Source: Chthoniobacterales bacterium (lineage in GTDB: Bacteria; Verrucomicrobiota; Verrucomicrobiia; Chthoniobacterales; JACTMZ01). From it: DNA of 64,000 nt. Below are positions 28,518 to 38,140 of this stretch, in pieces. The notes under the pieces are model-generated. The model was not told the origin of the DNA, did not search any database, and saw only the letters and a list, made by a program, of their open reading frames with translations. The stretch lies in NCBI GenBank assembly GCA_040881855.1, contig JBBECM010000073.1:12515-76514 (forward strand). Direction: 5' to 3'. The translations under genes were made by a program, and so were the position numbers. Each line of letters begins with the position of its first letter. The stretch's first letter is position 1.

Positions 28518-31500
28518 ATGGGTCTTTCCTCGTGGAGCGTCAAAAACCGCGTCGCGGTCAACATCTTCACGTTGGTCATCATTTTCGCCGGCTATTACGC
28601 GGCCGGCACGCAGCTGCAGCGGGATCTTTTTCCCGACGTCAGCACGAACTTCATCCAGATCACAACCCTCGACCCGGAGACCGGCGCACCCGAGGACATC
28701 GAGCGCACCATCACCGTCCCCATCGAGGAGGAGTTGGGCAACGTCAACTACCTCGCCGAAATCCGCTCCATCTCGCAGGACAACTTTTCCAACATCTTCA
28801 TCGAAGTCGACCCCTCGATCGAGGACATCCAACCCGTCCTCAACGATGTCCGCCAAGCGGTGGACAAGGCCAAAGCCGACCTTCCCGCCTCGGCCGAACC
28901 GCCCGTCGTCGAGGAATTCGACATCCCCTTCCCCCTCGTCACCTTCACCGTCTCGTATCCTCCGGGTTTCGACATCCGGAAGATCCGACCCATCCTCGAC
29001 GAGATCGAGCGCCGCCTGAAACTCGTCCCCGGTGTCTCCAAGGTCCTCGTCGACGGCCTCGAGCGCCGCGAAGTCTGGGTCGAAGTCGACCCTTACCGGC
29101 TACGACTTGCCGGCTTGTCCTTCCGCGAAGTGGCCGAAGCGGTCGCGGCCAAGAACGTCAACGTGGTCGGCGGACGACTCGATGCCGCGGGCGGGCAGCG
29201 CATTGTCCGCCTCCTCGGCGAAATCACCGAGGCCGCGCAACTTGAAGACCTTCCCGTGGTCAAACGCCCCGACGGACGCACGGTGAAAATCCGCGACATC
29301 GGCACAGTCAAGGAAACGACGGAAAAAGCCCAGACCTACGGCCGCACCAACCTCCGCCCGGCCGTGACCTACACCTTGGTGAAAAAGAAAGGCACCGACG
29401 TCATCGAGTCCGTGCGCGAAGCGCGCCGCGTCTTCGCCGCCGAGGCCGCGCTCCTCCCGCCGGAGATCGAGACGCAGGTCGTCGGCGACACGACCAAATA
29501 CATCAACACGCGCATCGAGACCGTGATGCGCAACGGCATCCAGTCGCTCATCCTGGTCACCGTCCTGCTCCTTCTTTTCCTCGATTGGCGCCTCGCCCTC
29601 CTCGTCGCCTTCGGCATCCCGTTCTCCTTCGCCGGCACCTTTATCGTCCTCTACATCGGCGGCTTCACCATCAACATGCTCTCGCTCTTCGGCATGATCA
29701 TGGCGCTTGGCATGGTGGTGGACGACGCCATTGTCACCGGCGAAAACGTCTTCCGCCTCTACAGCAACGGCGAAAGCGCGGTCAACGCCGCCGTGCGCGG
29801 CGCCCACGAGGTCATGTGGCCCGTCTTCGGCAGCGTCAGCACCACCGTGGCCGCCTTTCTCCCGCTCATCTGGGGCGAGGGCATCATCGGCAAATTCCTC
29901 GCCGTCGTCCCCGTCGTGGTCATTTCGACCCTCGTCTTCTCGCTGGCCCAAGCCTTCCTCGTCCTGCCCTCGCACCTCGCCGATTGCATGCGCCCGCTGC
30001 GCTCCGCCGCCGCGCGCCGCGCGGCAGCCACCCTCGATCCGCCGCGCGGCTGGCGACGATTGCCTTACGAACTCGGACTGTCCTACGAGGAACTCCGCGA
30101 GGCGATCGACCGCGCGGTCAACCGCGCCGTCGAGGTCTACACCCACCTGCTCAATCTGGCCTTGCGCACCCGCTATGCCGTGGTCGGCGCTTTTCTTGCC
30201 GCGCTTGTCTTTGTCGGCGCGCTGGTTGCCGCCGGCGTTGTGCCCTTCCGCCTGTTCGCCACCGACTTCGCCGACACGATCAACATCAAGCTCGAACTTC
30301 CCGCCGATTACACCCTCGACCAGACGGCCGATGTGGCCGCGCGCGTCGAGCGGTCCGTGGTCGACACCCTCCCGGATACCGACCTCGTCGCCGTGACCAC
30401 GCGCATCGGCGCCATGTTCGATCCGACCGACCAGTTCCTCGAATACGGCAGCAACCTGGCCATGCTCGTCGTCGACGTCGACGAACAAAGCCCCAAGTGC
30501 CGCAAGCCCTCGGCCATCGAGCGCGACCTGCGCAATGTGGTCAATTCCTTCCCCGAGGTCATCACCGGCACGGCGAAAAAAGAAGAAGGCGGACCCCCGG
30601 TCGGACGCGCCGTCAACATCGAGATCCGTGGCGCCGATTTCGGCGAACTCCGGTCGGCCGCGGCAGAGATCCAGCAAAAACTCGGCGGGGTCCCCGGGCT
30701 GGTCAACGTGGGCAGCGACCTGCCCAAAGGAAAAACCGAATTCCGCGTGCGTCTCGACGAGGACCGCGCCGCCCGCGCGGGGCTGGATGCGGCGCAGGTC
30801 GGACGCGATCTGCTCGGTGCCTTCCGCGGGCTGGAGGCCTCGCGTCTGCGCTGGGGCAACGACGAAGTGATCGTCCGCGTCAAGATGGACGAACGCTACA
30901 GCCAAGACCCCGGCATGGTCGGCAACCTCATGATCAAGGGCCCGCAGGGTATGGTCGACCTCGACACCATCGCCACGCTCGAGCGCGTTAGTGGCATCCC
31001 GCGGGTCAAACGCCTCGACCAGGAACGCGTCATCACCGTTTCGTCCGACATCGACCCGCGCGTCACCACCTCGGGCCTGGCCAACGAGGAGATCAAAACA
31101 TGGCTGCCCGGGATTCTTTCCGCGCACCCCGCCCTGCAGATCGGCCTGACCGGAGAGAACGAGGATACCGAGCGCAGTCTCGAGGCCATGAAGTTTGCCG
31201 GCTTTGTCGCCATTTTCCTCATCTACGCCCTCATCGCCACGATCACCAATTCGTTCCTCCAACCTTTTGTCATCATGACCGTCGTGCCCTTCGGTATCGT
31301 CGGTGTCATTCTCGGACTTCTCTTCATGGGCGAACCGATGGGCCTGATGTCGGTCATGGGCACCATCGCCCTGGCCGGCATCGTGGTGAACAACTCGATC
31401 GTCTTCGTCGATTTCATCAACAATTACCGTCGCGAGCGCGACATCTCCCTTCCCCGCGTGCGCTGGCATTCCATCCTCGAAAGCGGGCGCACGCGCTTCC

Positions 31501-31748
31501 GCCCGATCCTGCTCACCACGGCCACCACCGTGGTCGGCCTTTTCAACCTCGCCTTTTTCAGCAAGGGCCAGGAACAATTCCTTGCCCCCATGGCGCAGGC
31601 CATCGTGTGGGGCCTGACCTTCGGCACCCTCATCACGCTCGTCCTCATCCCCTGTCTCTACGCGATGCTCGACGACCTCAACCTTGCCGTGGCCCGGCGG
31701 CGCACCGCCGTGCCGGCCGACCTCGGAGGCTTTCCCTCCCGGGCCTGA
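28518..31748 (+). CDS. RND superfamily efflux permease (AcrB/AcrD/AcrF-like)
   Basis: 1076 aa. N-terminus SVKNRVAVNIFTLVIIFAG, a 12-TM duplicated architecture with two large periplasmic loops, and MALGMVVDDAIV in TM4. Confidence 0.92.
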   Translation: MGLSSWSVKNRVAVNIFTLVIIFAGYYAAGTQLQRDLFPDVSTNFIQITTLDPETGAPEDIERTITVPIEEELGNVNYLAEIRSISQDNFSNIFIEVDPSIEDIQPVLNDVRQAVDKAKADLPASAEPPVVEEFDIPFPLVTFTVSYPPGFDIRKIRPILDEIERRLKLVPGVSKVLVDGLERREVWVEVDPYRLRLAGLSFREVAEAVAAKNVNVVGGRLDAAGGQRIVRLLGEITEAAQLEDLPVVKRPDGRTVKIRDIGTVKETTEKAQTYGRTNLRPAVTYTLVKKKGTDVIESVREARRVFAAEAALLPPEIETQVVGDTTKYINTRIETVMRNGIQSLILVTVLLLLFLDWRLALLVAFGIPFSFAGTFIVLYIGGFTINMLSLFGMIMALGMVVDDAIVTGENVFRLYSNGESAVNAAVRGAHEVMWPVFGSVSTTVAAFLPLIWGEGIIGKFLAVVPVVVISTLVFSLAQAFLVLPSHLADCMRPLRSAAARRAAATLDPPRGWRRLPYELGLSYEELREAIDRAVNRAVEVYTHLLNLALRTRYAVVGAFLAALVFVGALVAAGVVPFRLFATDFADTINIKLELPADYTLDQTADVAARVERSVVDTLPDTDLVAVTTRIGAMFDPTDQFLEYGSNLAMLVVDVDEQSPKCRKPSAIERDLRNVVNSFPEVITGTAKKEEGGPPVGRAVNIEIRGADFGELRSAAAEIQQKLGGVPGLVNVGSDLPKGKTEFRVRLDEDRAARAGLDAAQVGRDLLGAFRGLEASRLRWGNDEVIVRVKMDERYSQDPGMVGNLMIKGPQGMVDLDTIATLERVSGIPRVKRLDQERVITVSSDIDPRVTTSGLANEEIKTWLPGILSAHPALQIGLTGENEDTERSLEAMKFAGFVAIFLIYALIATITNSFLQPFVIMTVVPFGIVGVILGLLFMGEPMGLMSVMGTIALAGIVVNNSIVFVDFINNYRRERDISLPRVRWHSILESGRTRFRPILLTTATTVVGLFNLAFFSKGQEQFLAPMAQAIVWGLTFGTLITLVLIPCLYAMLDDLNLAVARRRTAVPADLGGFPSRA

Positions 31749-31766
31749 TCGGCTAAATTCCGGGGC

Positions 31767-34700
31767 ATGAGTTTCTCCCGAGCCCTGCTTCTGGCGTCCC
31801 TCCTCACCGTCAGCGCCTCCGCCCAAGACGGGCCGCAACAAGCACTCGACGCGGCCAACAACGCTTACGTCGCCGGCGACTACCCCTCGGCCGTCGCCGC
31901 TTACGAAAAAGTCCTCGCCGATTATCCCACCTCGCCGGTCGTCGCCACCGCGCAGGTCCAGCTCGCCCTCTCCCACTACCTCACCGGGGAAAACCGGAAA
32001 GCCCTCGAGATACTGGGCAAATTTTTCTCCGGTCCGCCGGCCGGCGCGGAACTGACCGAACTCGCCGCCTTCCTCGAGCCCCAAGCCCTCTCCGGCCTCG
32101 CCGCCTCGCTCCCGCCGGATGACCCCGCGCGCCAGACGAACTACGCGGAAGCCGTGAAGAAGTATGCGGCTTTCATCGAGAAATACCCGCGCTCGACCGA
32201 AGTCGAGGCCGCCTCCTACGGCAGCGCCATCGCCTCGTTCCAGACCGGCGACTTCGCCGCGGCCAAGGCCGCCCTCGAGGCCAACCTCAAGCGCTTCCCC
32301 GACAGTCCCGGCATCCTCGACAGCCAGAACCTGCTCGCCCTCATCTTCGCCACCGAGGGCAGCAGTATGCTCTCGGGGGAAACACCCGACAAAGAAGCGG
32401 CTTTCGCGCTCTACGCCAAATCCGCCGGACTGCTCCGCGAGATCATCGCCCGGAAAACCGATCTGGCCCTGGTCAATGCCGCGCAATTCCAGCTCGGCGA
32501 AATTCTCCTCAGCGAAGCCGCCTTCGCCCCGGAGGACCGCAAAGCCGCCCTCCTCGAACAAGCCCGTGCCGCCTTCCGCGATGTCCTGCCCAAGGACAAG
32601 ATCGTCGCACTGCAGCAGGAAAAGATCGACGGCATCCCGGCCCTGCGCCGCGCCGCCCTCGCCGCACGCGACACCACCGAACTCAAACGTATCGACCGCC
32701 GGGCGGAACGCGACCGCCGCAAACTCGCCGAGTTGCAATCAAACCCCGACCAGACCGTCACCGCGCTGCAGAAAATCGGCGAGAGCTACTTCCAAGGCGG
32801 CCAATACGACGAGTCCCGTGTCGTCCTCGCGCATCTCGAACCGCTCCTGACCGGCAACGCGGACAAAAAACGCAACCTCTACTTCCTTGCCATGACCTAC
32901 GCGGTGCAAAACGCGGCCGATCCCGCCGTGGCGCGCTACGACGCCTTCCAGCGCGCGCACAAAGGCGACCCGCTCGCCGCCAACCTGCCCGTCGCCATGG
33001 GTAACCTTTTTCTCACCCACCCCGACCCGGATGTCCGCAATCCGGAAAAAGCGGCGCAATATTTCAGGGAGGCGGCGGAAATTTATCCCGAGAGCCCGCT
33101 CCTCGGCTTGTCCGTGGTCAATGAAGCCACCGCCCGCGCGCAGCAAGGCGATTTCGCAGGCGCGCTCAAAACTTACCGCGACTTCCTCGCGACCAATCCC
33201 CCGCCGGAAGTCGGCGCCGAGGCCCAGCTCGGCATCGGCCATGTCTTCAAGGAACAAGGCAAGTGGGACGAGGCCATCGCCGCTTACAAGGACGTCGTGA
33301 CCAAGTTCCCCCAAGCCGCCCAAGTCGAGGAAGCCGAATTCTGGATCGCCGTCGGCACCCAGCAGAAAGGCGACAACGAAGGATCTCTCCCGCTCATCGA
33401 CGCCTTCGTGCAGAAATACCCGCAGACCCAGCTGACGCCGGGTGCCATGTATTCCGCCGCCGCGGCCAAGCTCGCGCTCGGACGCAACGATGAAGCGGTC
33501 GCCACCATGGCCGCGATCGCCGAAAAATTCCCCCAAAGCCAGCCCGCGCCCTTCACCTACTTCCAGCGCGCCCAGCTGGCCGGCGCCGCCCAGAACGCGG
33601 ACGAGGTGATCCGCCTCATGACCGCATTCGTCGAAAAATATCCCGAGGATGACAAGGTCTTCTTCGCTTACGACCGCATCGGTCAGACCGAGACCAACCG
33701 GGGCAAGATTGAAGCCGCGGTCGCCGCCTACCAGACCTTCGCCGCGAAATACGCCACCGCGCCCAAGGCCCCCGAGGCCATGCTGAAAATCGCCGACCTC
33801 CACCGTGCCACGGCGGAAAAACTCGGACGCTACGGCGCGCTCACCGCCGGGGAGCAGGAACAATGGAAGACCGCCATGGCCGCCTCCATCGCCGCGGCGG
33901 AAAAAATGACCGCCACCTACCCGGATAGCGCCCAACTCGGGCTCGGACTCCGTTCCCTCCTCGCCGCCAAGCAGGCCGAGGCCACAGCCGGACTCCTCGA
34001 CGATGCAGCGGTGGAAAAGTATTTCCAGGACCTCGCCGCGTCCGCGCCCGAGGGCGCGAAAAACAAAGTTCTCTTCGCCCGCGCCGCCTTCATCAACGAA
34101 CAGGATCCGGCCCGCGCGCTCGCGGAGATGGACCAAGCCTACGATGCATCGCTCGTCTACGCGCCGTCCGATCTCGACCTCTACGGGCTCGCCCTGCTCG
34201 ACAACGGGAAGGCGGACCAAGCCAAGGCCGTCTTCGAAAAAATCGCCATGGATTACCCCAATCCCGACGGACAGCAACCCGCCCAAGCCCCGCCTGCCAT
34301 CCAGGAGGCCCAGGCCGTGTCGCTCTTCGGACTCGGCCGCGTTGCGCAGGAGCAAGGCGATGTGGCCGGCGCCGGCGCCCTCTTCGAAAAATTGAAGTCC
34401 CTCTACCCGTGGTCGCCCAAAGTGCTCGAAGCCAACTACGGCATTGCCGCCTCGCTTCGCGAGCAAGGCAAAGGTGATGAAGCCATCACCCTCCTCACCC
34501 AGATCATCCGCGCACCCAACGCCCCGACCGAACTCCGCGCCAATTCCATGCTTCTCGGCGGCTTCATCCAGAAAGACAAAAACGAGCGCGACGCCGCCAT
34601 CGACTACTTCATCAAGATCTCCGCCTTCTACCAAGGCGTGCCCGAGGCCGCCGCCACCGGATTGTGGGAAGGCGGACAACTCCTCGAGCTCCAAGTCGCC

Positions 34701-34844
34701 GAGCTGCAGTCGAGCGACCCGGACAAAGCGCAAAAGCAAAAAACCCAAGTCCTCCGCGCCTACAAAGAACTGGTCGAAAAATTCCCCGAGAGCGAATTCG
34801 CCCCCAAAGCCCAAGAGCGCCTCAACGCCCTCGGCCCCTCGTGA
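31767..34844 (+). CDS. large secreted tetratricopeptide-repeat protein (1025 aa)
   Basis: Signal peptide MSFSRALLLASLLTVSASAQ. Many YbgF-like TPR units occur throughout (A...Y..GDY..A...F..F...YP.S......A). Confidence 0.85.
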   Translation: MSFSRALLLASLLTVSASAQDGPQQALDAANNAYVAGDYPSAVAAYEKVLADYPTSPVVATAQVQLALSHYLTGENRKALEILGKFFSGPPAGAELTELAAFLEPQALSGLAASLPPDDPARQTNYAEAVKKYAAFIEKYPRSTEVEAASYGSAIASFQTGDFAAAKAALEANLKRFPDSPGILDSQNLLALIFATEGSSMLSGETPDKEAAFALYAKSAGLLREIIARKTDLALVNAAQFQLGEILLSEAAFAPEDRKAALLEQARAAFRDVLPKDKIVALQQEKIDGIPALRRAALAARDTTELKRIDRRAERDRRKLAELQSNPDQTVTALQKIGESYFQGGQYDESRVVLAHLEPLLTGNADKKRNLYFLAMTYAVQNAADPAVARYDAFQRAHKGDPLAANLPVAMGNLFLTHPDPDVRNPEKAAQYFREAAEIYPESPLLGLSVVNEATARAQQGDFAGALKTYRDFLATNPPPEVGAEAQLGIGHVFKEQGKWDEAIAAYKDVVTKFPQAAQVEEAEFWIAVGTQQKGDNEGSLPLIDAFVQKYPQTQLTPGAMYSAAAAKLALGRNDEAVATMAAIAEKFPQSQPAPFTYFQRAQLAGAAQNADEVIRLMTAFVEKYPEDDKVFFAYDRIGQTETNRGKIEAAVAAYQTFAAKYATAPKAPEAMLKIADLHRATAEKLGRYGALTAGEQEQWKTAMAASIAAAEKMTATYPDSAQLGLGLRSLLAAKQAEATAGLLDDAAVEKYFQDLAASAPEGAKNKVLFARAAFINEQDPARALAEMDQAYDASLVYAPSDLDLYGLALLDNGKADQAKAVFEKIAMDYPNPDGQQPAQAPPAIQEAQAVSLFGLGRVAQEQGDVAGAGALFEKLKSLYPWSPKVLEANYGIAASLREQGKGDEAITLLTQIIRAPNAPTELRANSMLLGGFIQKDKNERDAAIDYFIKISAFYQGVPEAAATGLWEGGQLLELQVAELQSSDPDKAQKQKTQVLRAYKELVEKFPESEFAPKAQERLNALGPS

Positions 34845-35569
34845 CGAAAAAGTCCCGTCACCCGTCAACTGCCACTCGCCACGCTCGCGCCAGCGAGCTT
34901 CTGCCCATCCTCCGCGCCACCTACCCCGACGCCCACTGCGAATTAAACCACGAAGGGGCCTTCCAACTTCTGGTTGCCACCATCCTCTCCGCGCAATGCA
35001 CCGACGTGCGCGTCAACATGGTGACACCGGCCCTCTTCAAAAAATACCCCGACGCTGGAACCCTTGCCGCCGCGAAGCAGGAGGATGTCGAAGACCTCAT
35101 CCGTTCCACCGGCTTCTTCCGCAACAAGGCGAAAAACCTCATCGCCGCCGCCCGGTCGCTCGTCCGAGAGCACGCCGGTGAAGTCCCCCGCGACCTCGAA
35201 ATGCTGACCGATCTTCCCGGCGTCGGACGCAAAACCGCCAACGTCGTCCTCGGCAACGCCTACCGCATCGAGGCCGGCATCGTGGTCGACACCCACGTGG
35301 CCCGTCTGAGTCAGCGCCTCGGGCTGACCAAGAACACCGACCCGGTCAAAATTGAAAAAGATCTGGTCAAAGTCATCCCGCAGGACGACTGGACCCTCTG
35401 GAGCCATCTCCTCATCTGGCACGGCCGGCGCCGTTGCCCGGCGCGCAAACCCGATTGCCCAGGATGCGAACTTCGTGACCTCTGTCCCTCCGCGGGTCAA
35501 TGTGCCGCGCCGGGCCCGGCGGCGCGGAGTCGTTCAGCGGTCCGGCGCCGGAGTCGCTCCGCGGCGTGA
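34841..35569 (+). CDS. nth: endonuclease III (DNA glycosylase/AP lyase)
   Basis: FQLLVATILSAQCTD, HhH-GPD LPGVGRKTANVVL, VDTHV, and the 4Fe-4S cluster CPARKPDCPGCELRDLC. The GTG start overlaps the TPR gene stop (GTGA). Confidence 0.88.
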   Translation: MTKKSRHPSTATRHARASELLPILRATYPDAHCELNHEGAFQLLVATILSAQCTDVRVNMVTPALFKKYPDAGTLAAAKQEDVEDLIRSTGFFRNKAKNLIAAARSLVREHAGEVPRDLEMLTDLPGVGRKTANVVLGNAYRIEAGIVVDTHVARLSQRLGLTKNTDPVKIEKDLVKVIPQDDWTLWSHLLIWHGRRRCPARKPDCPGCELRDLCPSAGQCAAPGPAARSRSAVRRRSRSAA

Positions 35570-36397
35570 GACGACCAGAGCAGCCAGGCGCGCCGCTTCC
35601 GGAGCGGCGCCACGCAAGGTTCCACCGCGATCCAGTCCGGCCGCCAGCACCGCGCAGAAGGCATCACCCGCCCCCACCGGATCGACCGCTTCGGCCGGCA
35701 CCGCGGGCTGGTGCGTGAGCACTCCGTCCTCGTGAATCCACGCGCCCTCGGCCCCCGCGGTCAGCACGCCGCACGGGATGGCGAACTCGCGGAGCAGGCC
35801 GGTGAACAAATCCTTCTCGTCCCCCGCCGCGCCGAGTAAACGTGAAATCCCGGCCAGCTCGTCGCGGTTCAACTTGAGGACACCGCAATGGCGCAGCGTC
35901 CAGAGCAGGATGTCATCGTCATGGAAAGGCGCCCGCAGATTGAGGTCGGCCAGCACCCGCGCCCCGCCGCGCCCGGCCACCGCGACCAGTTCACGGATGG
36001 CACCGCGCGACACCGGATGGCGTTGCGCCAGGGTGCCGATGACAAGCACCCGCGCGCGGTGCGCCAGATCCAGAGCCGCCGCATCGGCCACGGTGAAGTC
36101 CCATGCCGCCGAACCATCAATGTCATAGTGGGGCCCTCCGGCGGAGTCCGGGTCGACCGTCACCGCGCCGGTCGGCCGTGCGGGATCGGCGGGGCAATGA
36201 GCCATATCCACGCCGGCACCCCGCAGCCAGGACCGCAACCGCCGCCCCGCAGGATCGTCGCCGGTGCGCGAGATCAGAAAGGTTTCCGCACCCAGGCCGG
36301 CGGCATGGAAAGCCACATTGGCCGGGGCCCCGCCCGGAAACTCGTTGCCGTCCGGCCAGCGGTCGACCAGCACTTCTCCCGCGCAGACCACCGCCAT
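35534..36397 (-). CDS. PfkB-family carbohydrate kinase
   Basis: N-terminal GEVLVD...PGGAPANVA and C-terminal DPVGAGDAF (GAGD anion hole). 287 aa. Confidence 0.85.
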   Translation of the reverse strand: MAVVCAGEVLVDRWPDGNEFPGGAPANVAFHAAGLGAETFLISRTGDDPAGRRLRSWLRGAGVDMAHCPADPARPTGAVTVDPDSAGGPHYDIDGSAAWDFTVADAAALDLAHRARVLVIGTLAQRHPVSRGAIRELVAVAGRGGARVLADLNLRAPFHDDDILLWTLRHCGVLKLNRDELAGISRLLGAAGDEKDLFTGLLREFAIPCGVLTAGAEGAWIHEDGVLTHQPAVPAEAVDPVGAGDAFCAVLAAGLDRGGTLRGAAPEAARLAALVVSRRGATPAPDR

Positions 36398-36434
36398 GGT
36401 TCAGGGCGCCAGCGGACGGATCAAGGAACCCGCC

Positions 36435-37079
36435 TCAGGGGGCAGTCGCGGAGGTGCGCCGCGCCAGTTCGGCTTCCGCGATCATGGCGGCCGGCGTTCC
36501 CGGATGGAGCGAACCGATCGATTGGAGAACCGCGCGGGCTTCACCGGCGGAGCCGCGCGACTCGAGCAACTTGGCCTCGGCCAGCAAAGCGAGCGGTGCC
36601 GCGTAGGATGTGCGGTAAGCGGAGGAAGCGCGACGGTAGGCCTCCAGTGCCGCTTCGGGTTCGCCCTGCAACTGGCGCAACTCCCCGAGCATGAGGCACG
36701 CGGTGCCGGCCAGCGGATAGTCCGGCTGGGAGGAAAGCAACTGATCCAACTCCGCAGCGGCCGCGCCCGTGTCGCCCCCGGCCCGCAGAGCGGAAGCCAG
36801 TTGCAAGCGCGCATTGCCCGCCGGAACCGTGCCGGGAAATTTTTCCACCACCTCACGCCATCCGGCCTCGCCCGCGGCGGTGCTGTAAAGCGCCTCGGCC
36901 GCATAGCGCAGCTGAGCATCGCGGAATTTCCAGAAACCCACCGCGAGGATGAGCAAAACCAGACCGGCCAATCCCCAGACGAACTTCCGCCAGTGCGCCT
37001 GCCAGAAGAGGTCGCTGTCGGTCAGTTCCAAAGCCGGGTCGAGAACCGGACGGAGAATGGAGGAGCGGTCTTGGTCCAC
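36435..37079 (-). CDS. membrane-anchored TPR-like protein (YfgM-like layout)
   Basis: GTG start. One TM helix (FVWGLAGLVLLILAVGFW) followed by helical Ala/Leu-rich repeats. No firm family assignment. Confidence 0.65.
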   Translation of the reverse strand: MDQDRSSILRPVLDPALELTDSDLFWQAHWRKFVWGLAGLVLLILAVGFWKFRDAQLRYAAEALYSTAAGEAGWREVVEKFPGTVPAGNARLQLASALRAGGDTGAAAAELDQLLSSQPDYPLAGTACLMLGELRQLQGEPEAALEAYRRASSAYRTSYAAPLALLAEAKLLESRGSAGEARAVLQSIGSLHPGTPAAMIAEAELARRTSATAP

Positions 37080-37086
37080 AGTTTTG

Positions 37087-38052
37087 TCAGTTGGCCACGG
37101 CCGCGCGCGCTTCGTCGGCCAGCGCGGTGCTCAGGTAGCGCTCCCCGGTCGAACAGGCGATGGTCACGATGAGCTTGCCCTTGTTTTCGGGACGGCGGGC
37201 CAACTCCAGCGCAGCCTGCACATTGGCGCCGGAACTGATGCCTCCGAGGATACCTTCCTCCTTGGCCAAACGGCGCGCCATGGCGAAAGCGTCGTCGTTC
37301 GAAACGGTCAACACTTCGTCGACCACGTCGAGATGGAGGTTGTCCGGAACGAATCCCGCGCCCGTGCCCTGGATTTTGTGCGGACCGGGCTTCACCGGCT
37401 CGCCGGCGCGGGTCTGCGAAATGACCGGCGAATCCTTCGGCTCGACCGCGACAATTTTCACGCCGGGTTTGCGTTTCTTGAGCACCTCGCCCACGCCGGT
37501 GCAGGTGCCGCCGGTGCCGACCGCGGAAACAAAGATGTCGACCTTGCCGTCGGTGTCATCCCAAACCTCTTCCGCCGTGGTCTTGGCGTGGATGGCGGGA
37601 TTGGCCGCATTTTTGAATTGCTGCGGCATCCAGCCGTTCGGCGTCTTCTTGAGAATTTCCTCCGCCTTGGCGATCGCGCCTTTCATGCCCTCCGGTCCGG
37701 GCGTGAGGACCAACTCGGCCCCGAGCATGGCGAGCAAGGTGCGGCGTTCGACGCTCATCGTCTCGGGCATGGTGAGAATGAGTTTGTAGCCCTTGGCCGC
37801 CGCGACAAAGGCCAGAGCGATGCCCGTGTTGCCGCTGGTCGGCTCGACGATGACCGTGTCTTTTTTCAGGATCCCTTTCTTCTCGGCGTCCTCGATCATG
37901 GCCATGCCGATACGGTCCTTCACGCTGCCCAGCGGGTTGAAAAATTCGCACTTGAGGGCCACGGTAGCGCCGGCGCCGGCGGTCACTTTGTTCAATTTGA
38001 CCAACGGCGTGCGGCCGACGGTCTCGACGATGTTGTTGTAAAGTTTGCCCAT
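37087..38052 (-). CDS. cysK: cysteine synthase A (O-acetylserine sulfhydrylase)
   Basis: [24 protein letters not shown] lysine in [21 protein letters not shown], and GTGGT. Track ORF trimmed to the ATG at 38052. Confidence 0.93.
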   Translation of the reverse strand: MGKLYNNIVETVGRTPLVKLNKVTAGAGATVALKCEFFNPLGSVKDRIGMAMIEDAEKKGILKKDTVIVEPTSGNTGIALAFVAAAKGYKLILTMPETMSVERRTLLAMLGAELVLTPGPEGMKGAIAKAEEILKKTPNGWMPQQFKNAANPAIHAKTTAEEVWDDTDGKVDIFVSAVGTGGTCTGVGEVLKKRKPGVKIVAVEPKDSPVISQTRAGEPVKPGPHKIQGTGAGFVPDNLHLDVVDEVLTVSNDDAFAMARRLAKEEGILGGISSGANVQAALELARRPENKGKLIVTIACSTGERYLSTALADEARAAVAN

Positions 38053-38140
38053 GTCTGCGGATCCCACTCCGCAGCGGGTCTTTCTGCATACGGCCAACGC
38101 CCCGCGGAAGCAACGTCGGATTTACCCGCCCGGCGCGGCC

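Noticed and set aside
29100-32738. 1212-aa ORF on the minus strand (the longest in the window)
   Set aside because: It lies antisense to the RND permease and TPR genes. Its composition is dominated by G/E/D/R/A runs (for example GGEAGEGLGLEEGGEFG) with no domain signature. It is a GC-driven artefact.
32739-34868. 709-aa minus-strand ORF
   Set aside because: It lies antisense to the TPR protein gene and consists of G/E/F/L low-complexity repeats mirroring the TPR codon periodicity.
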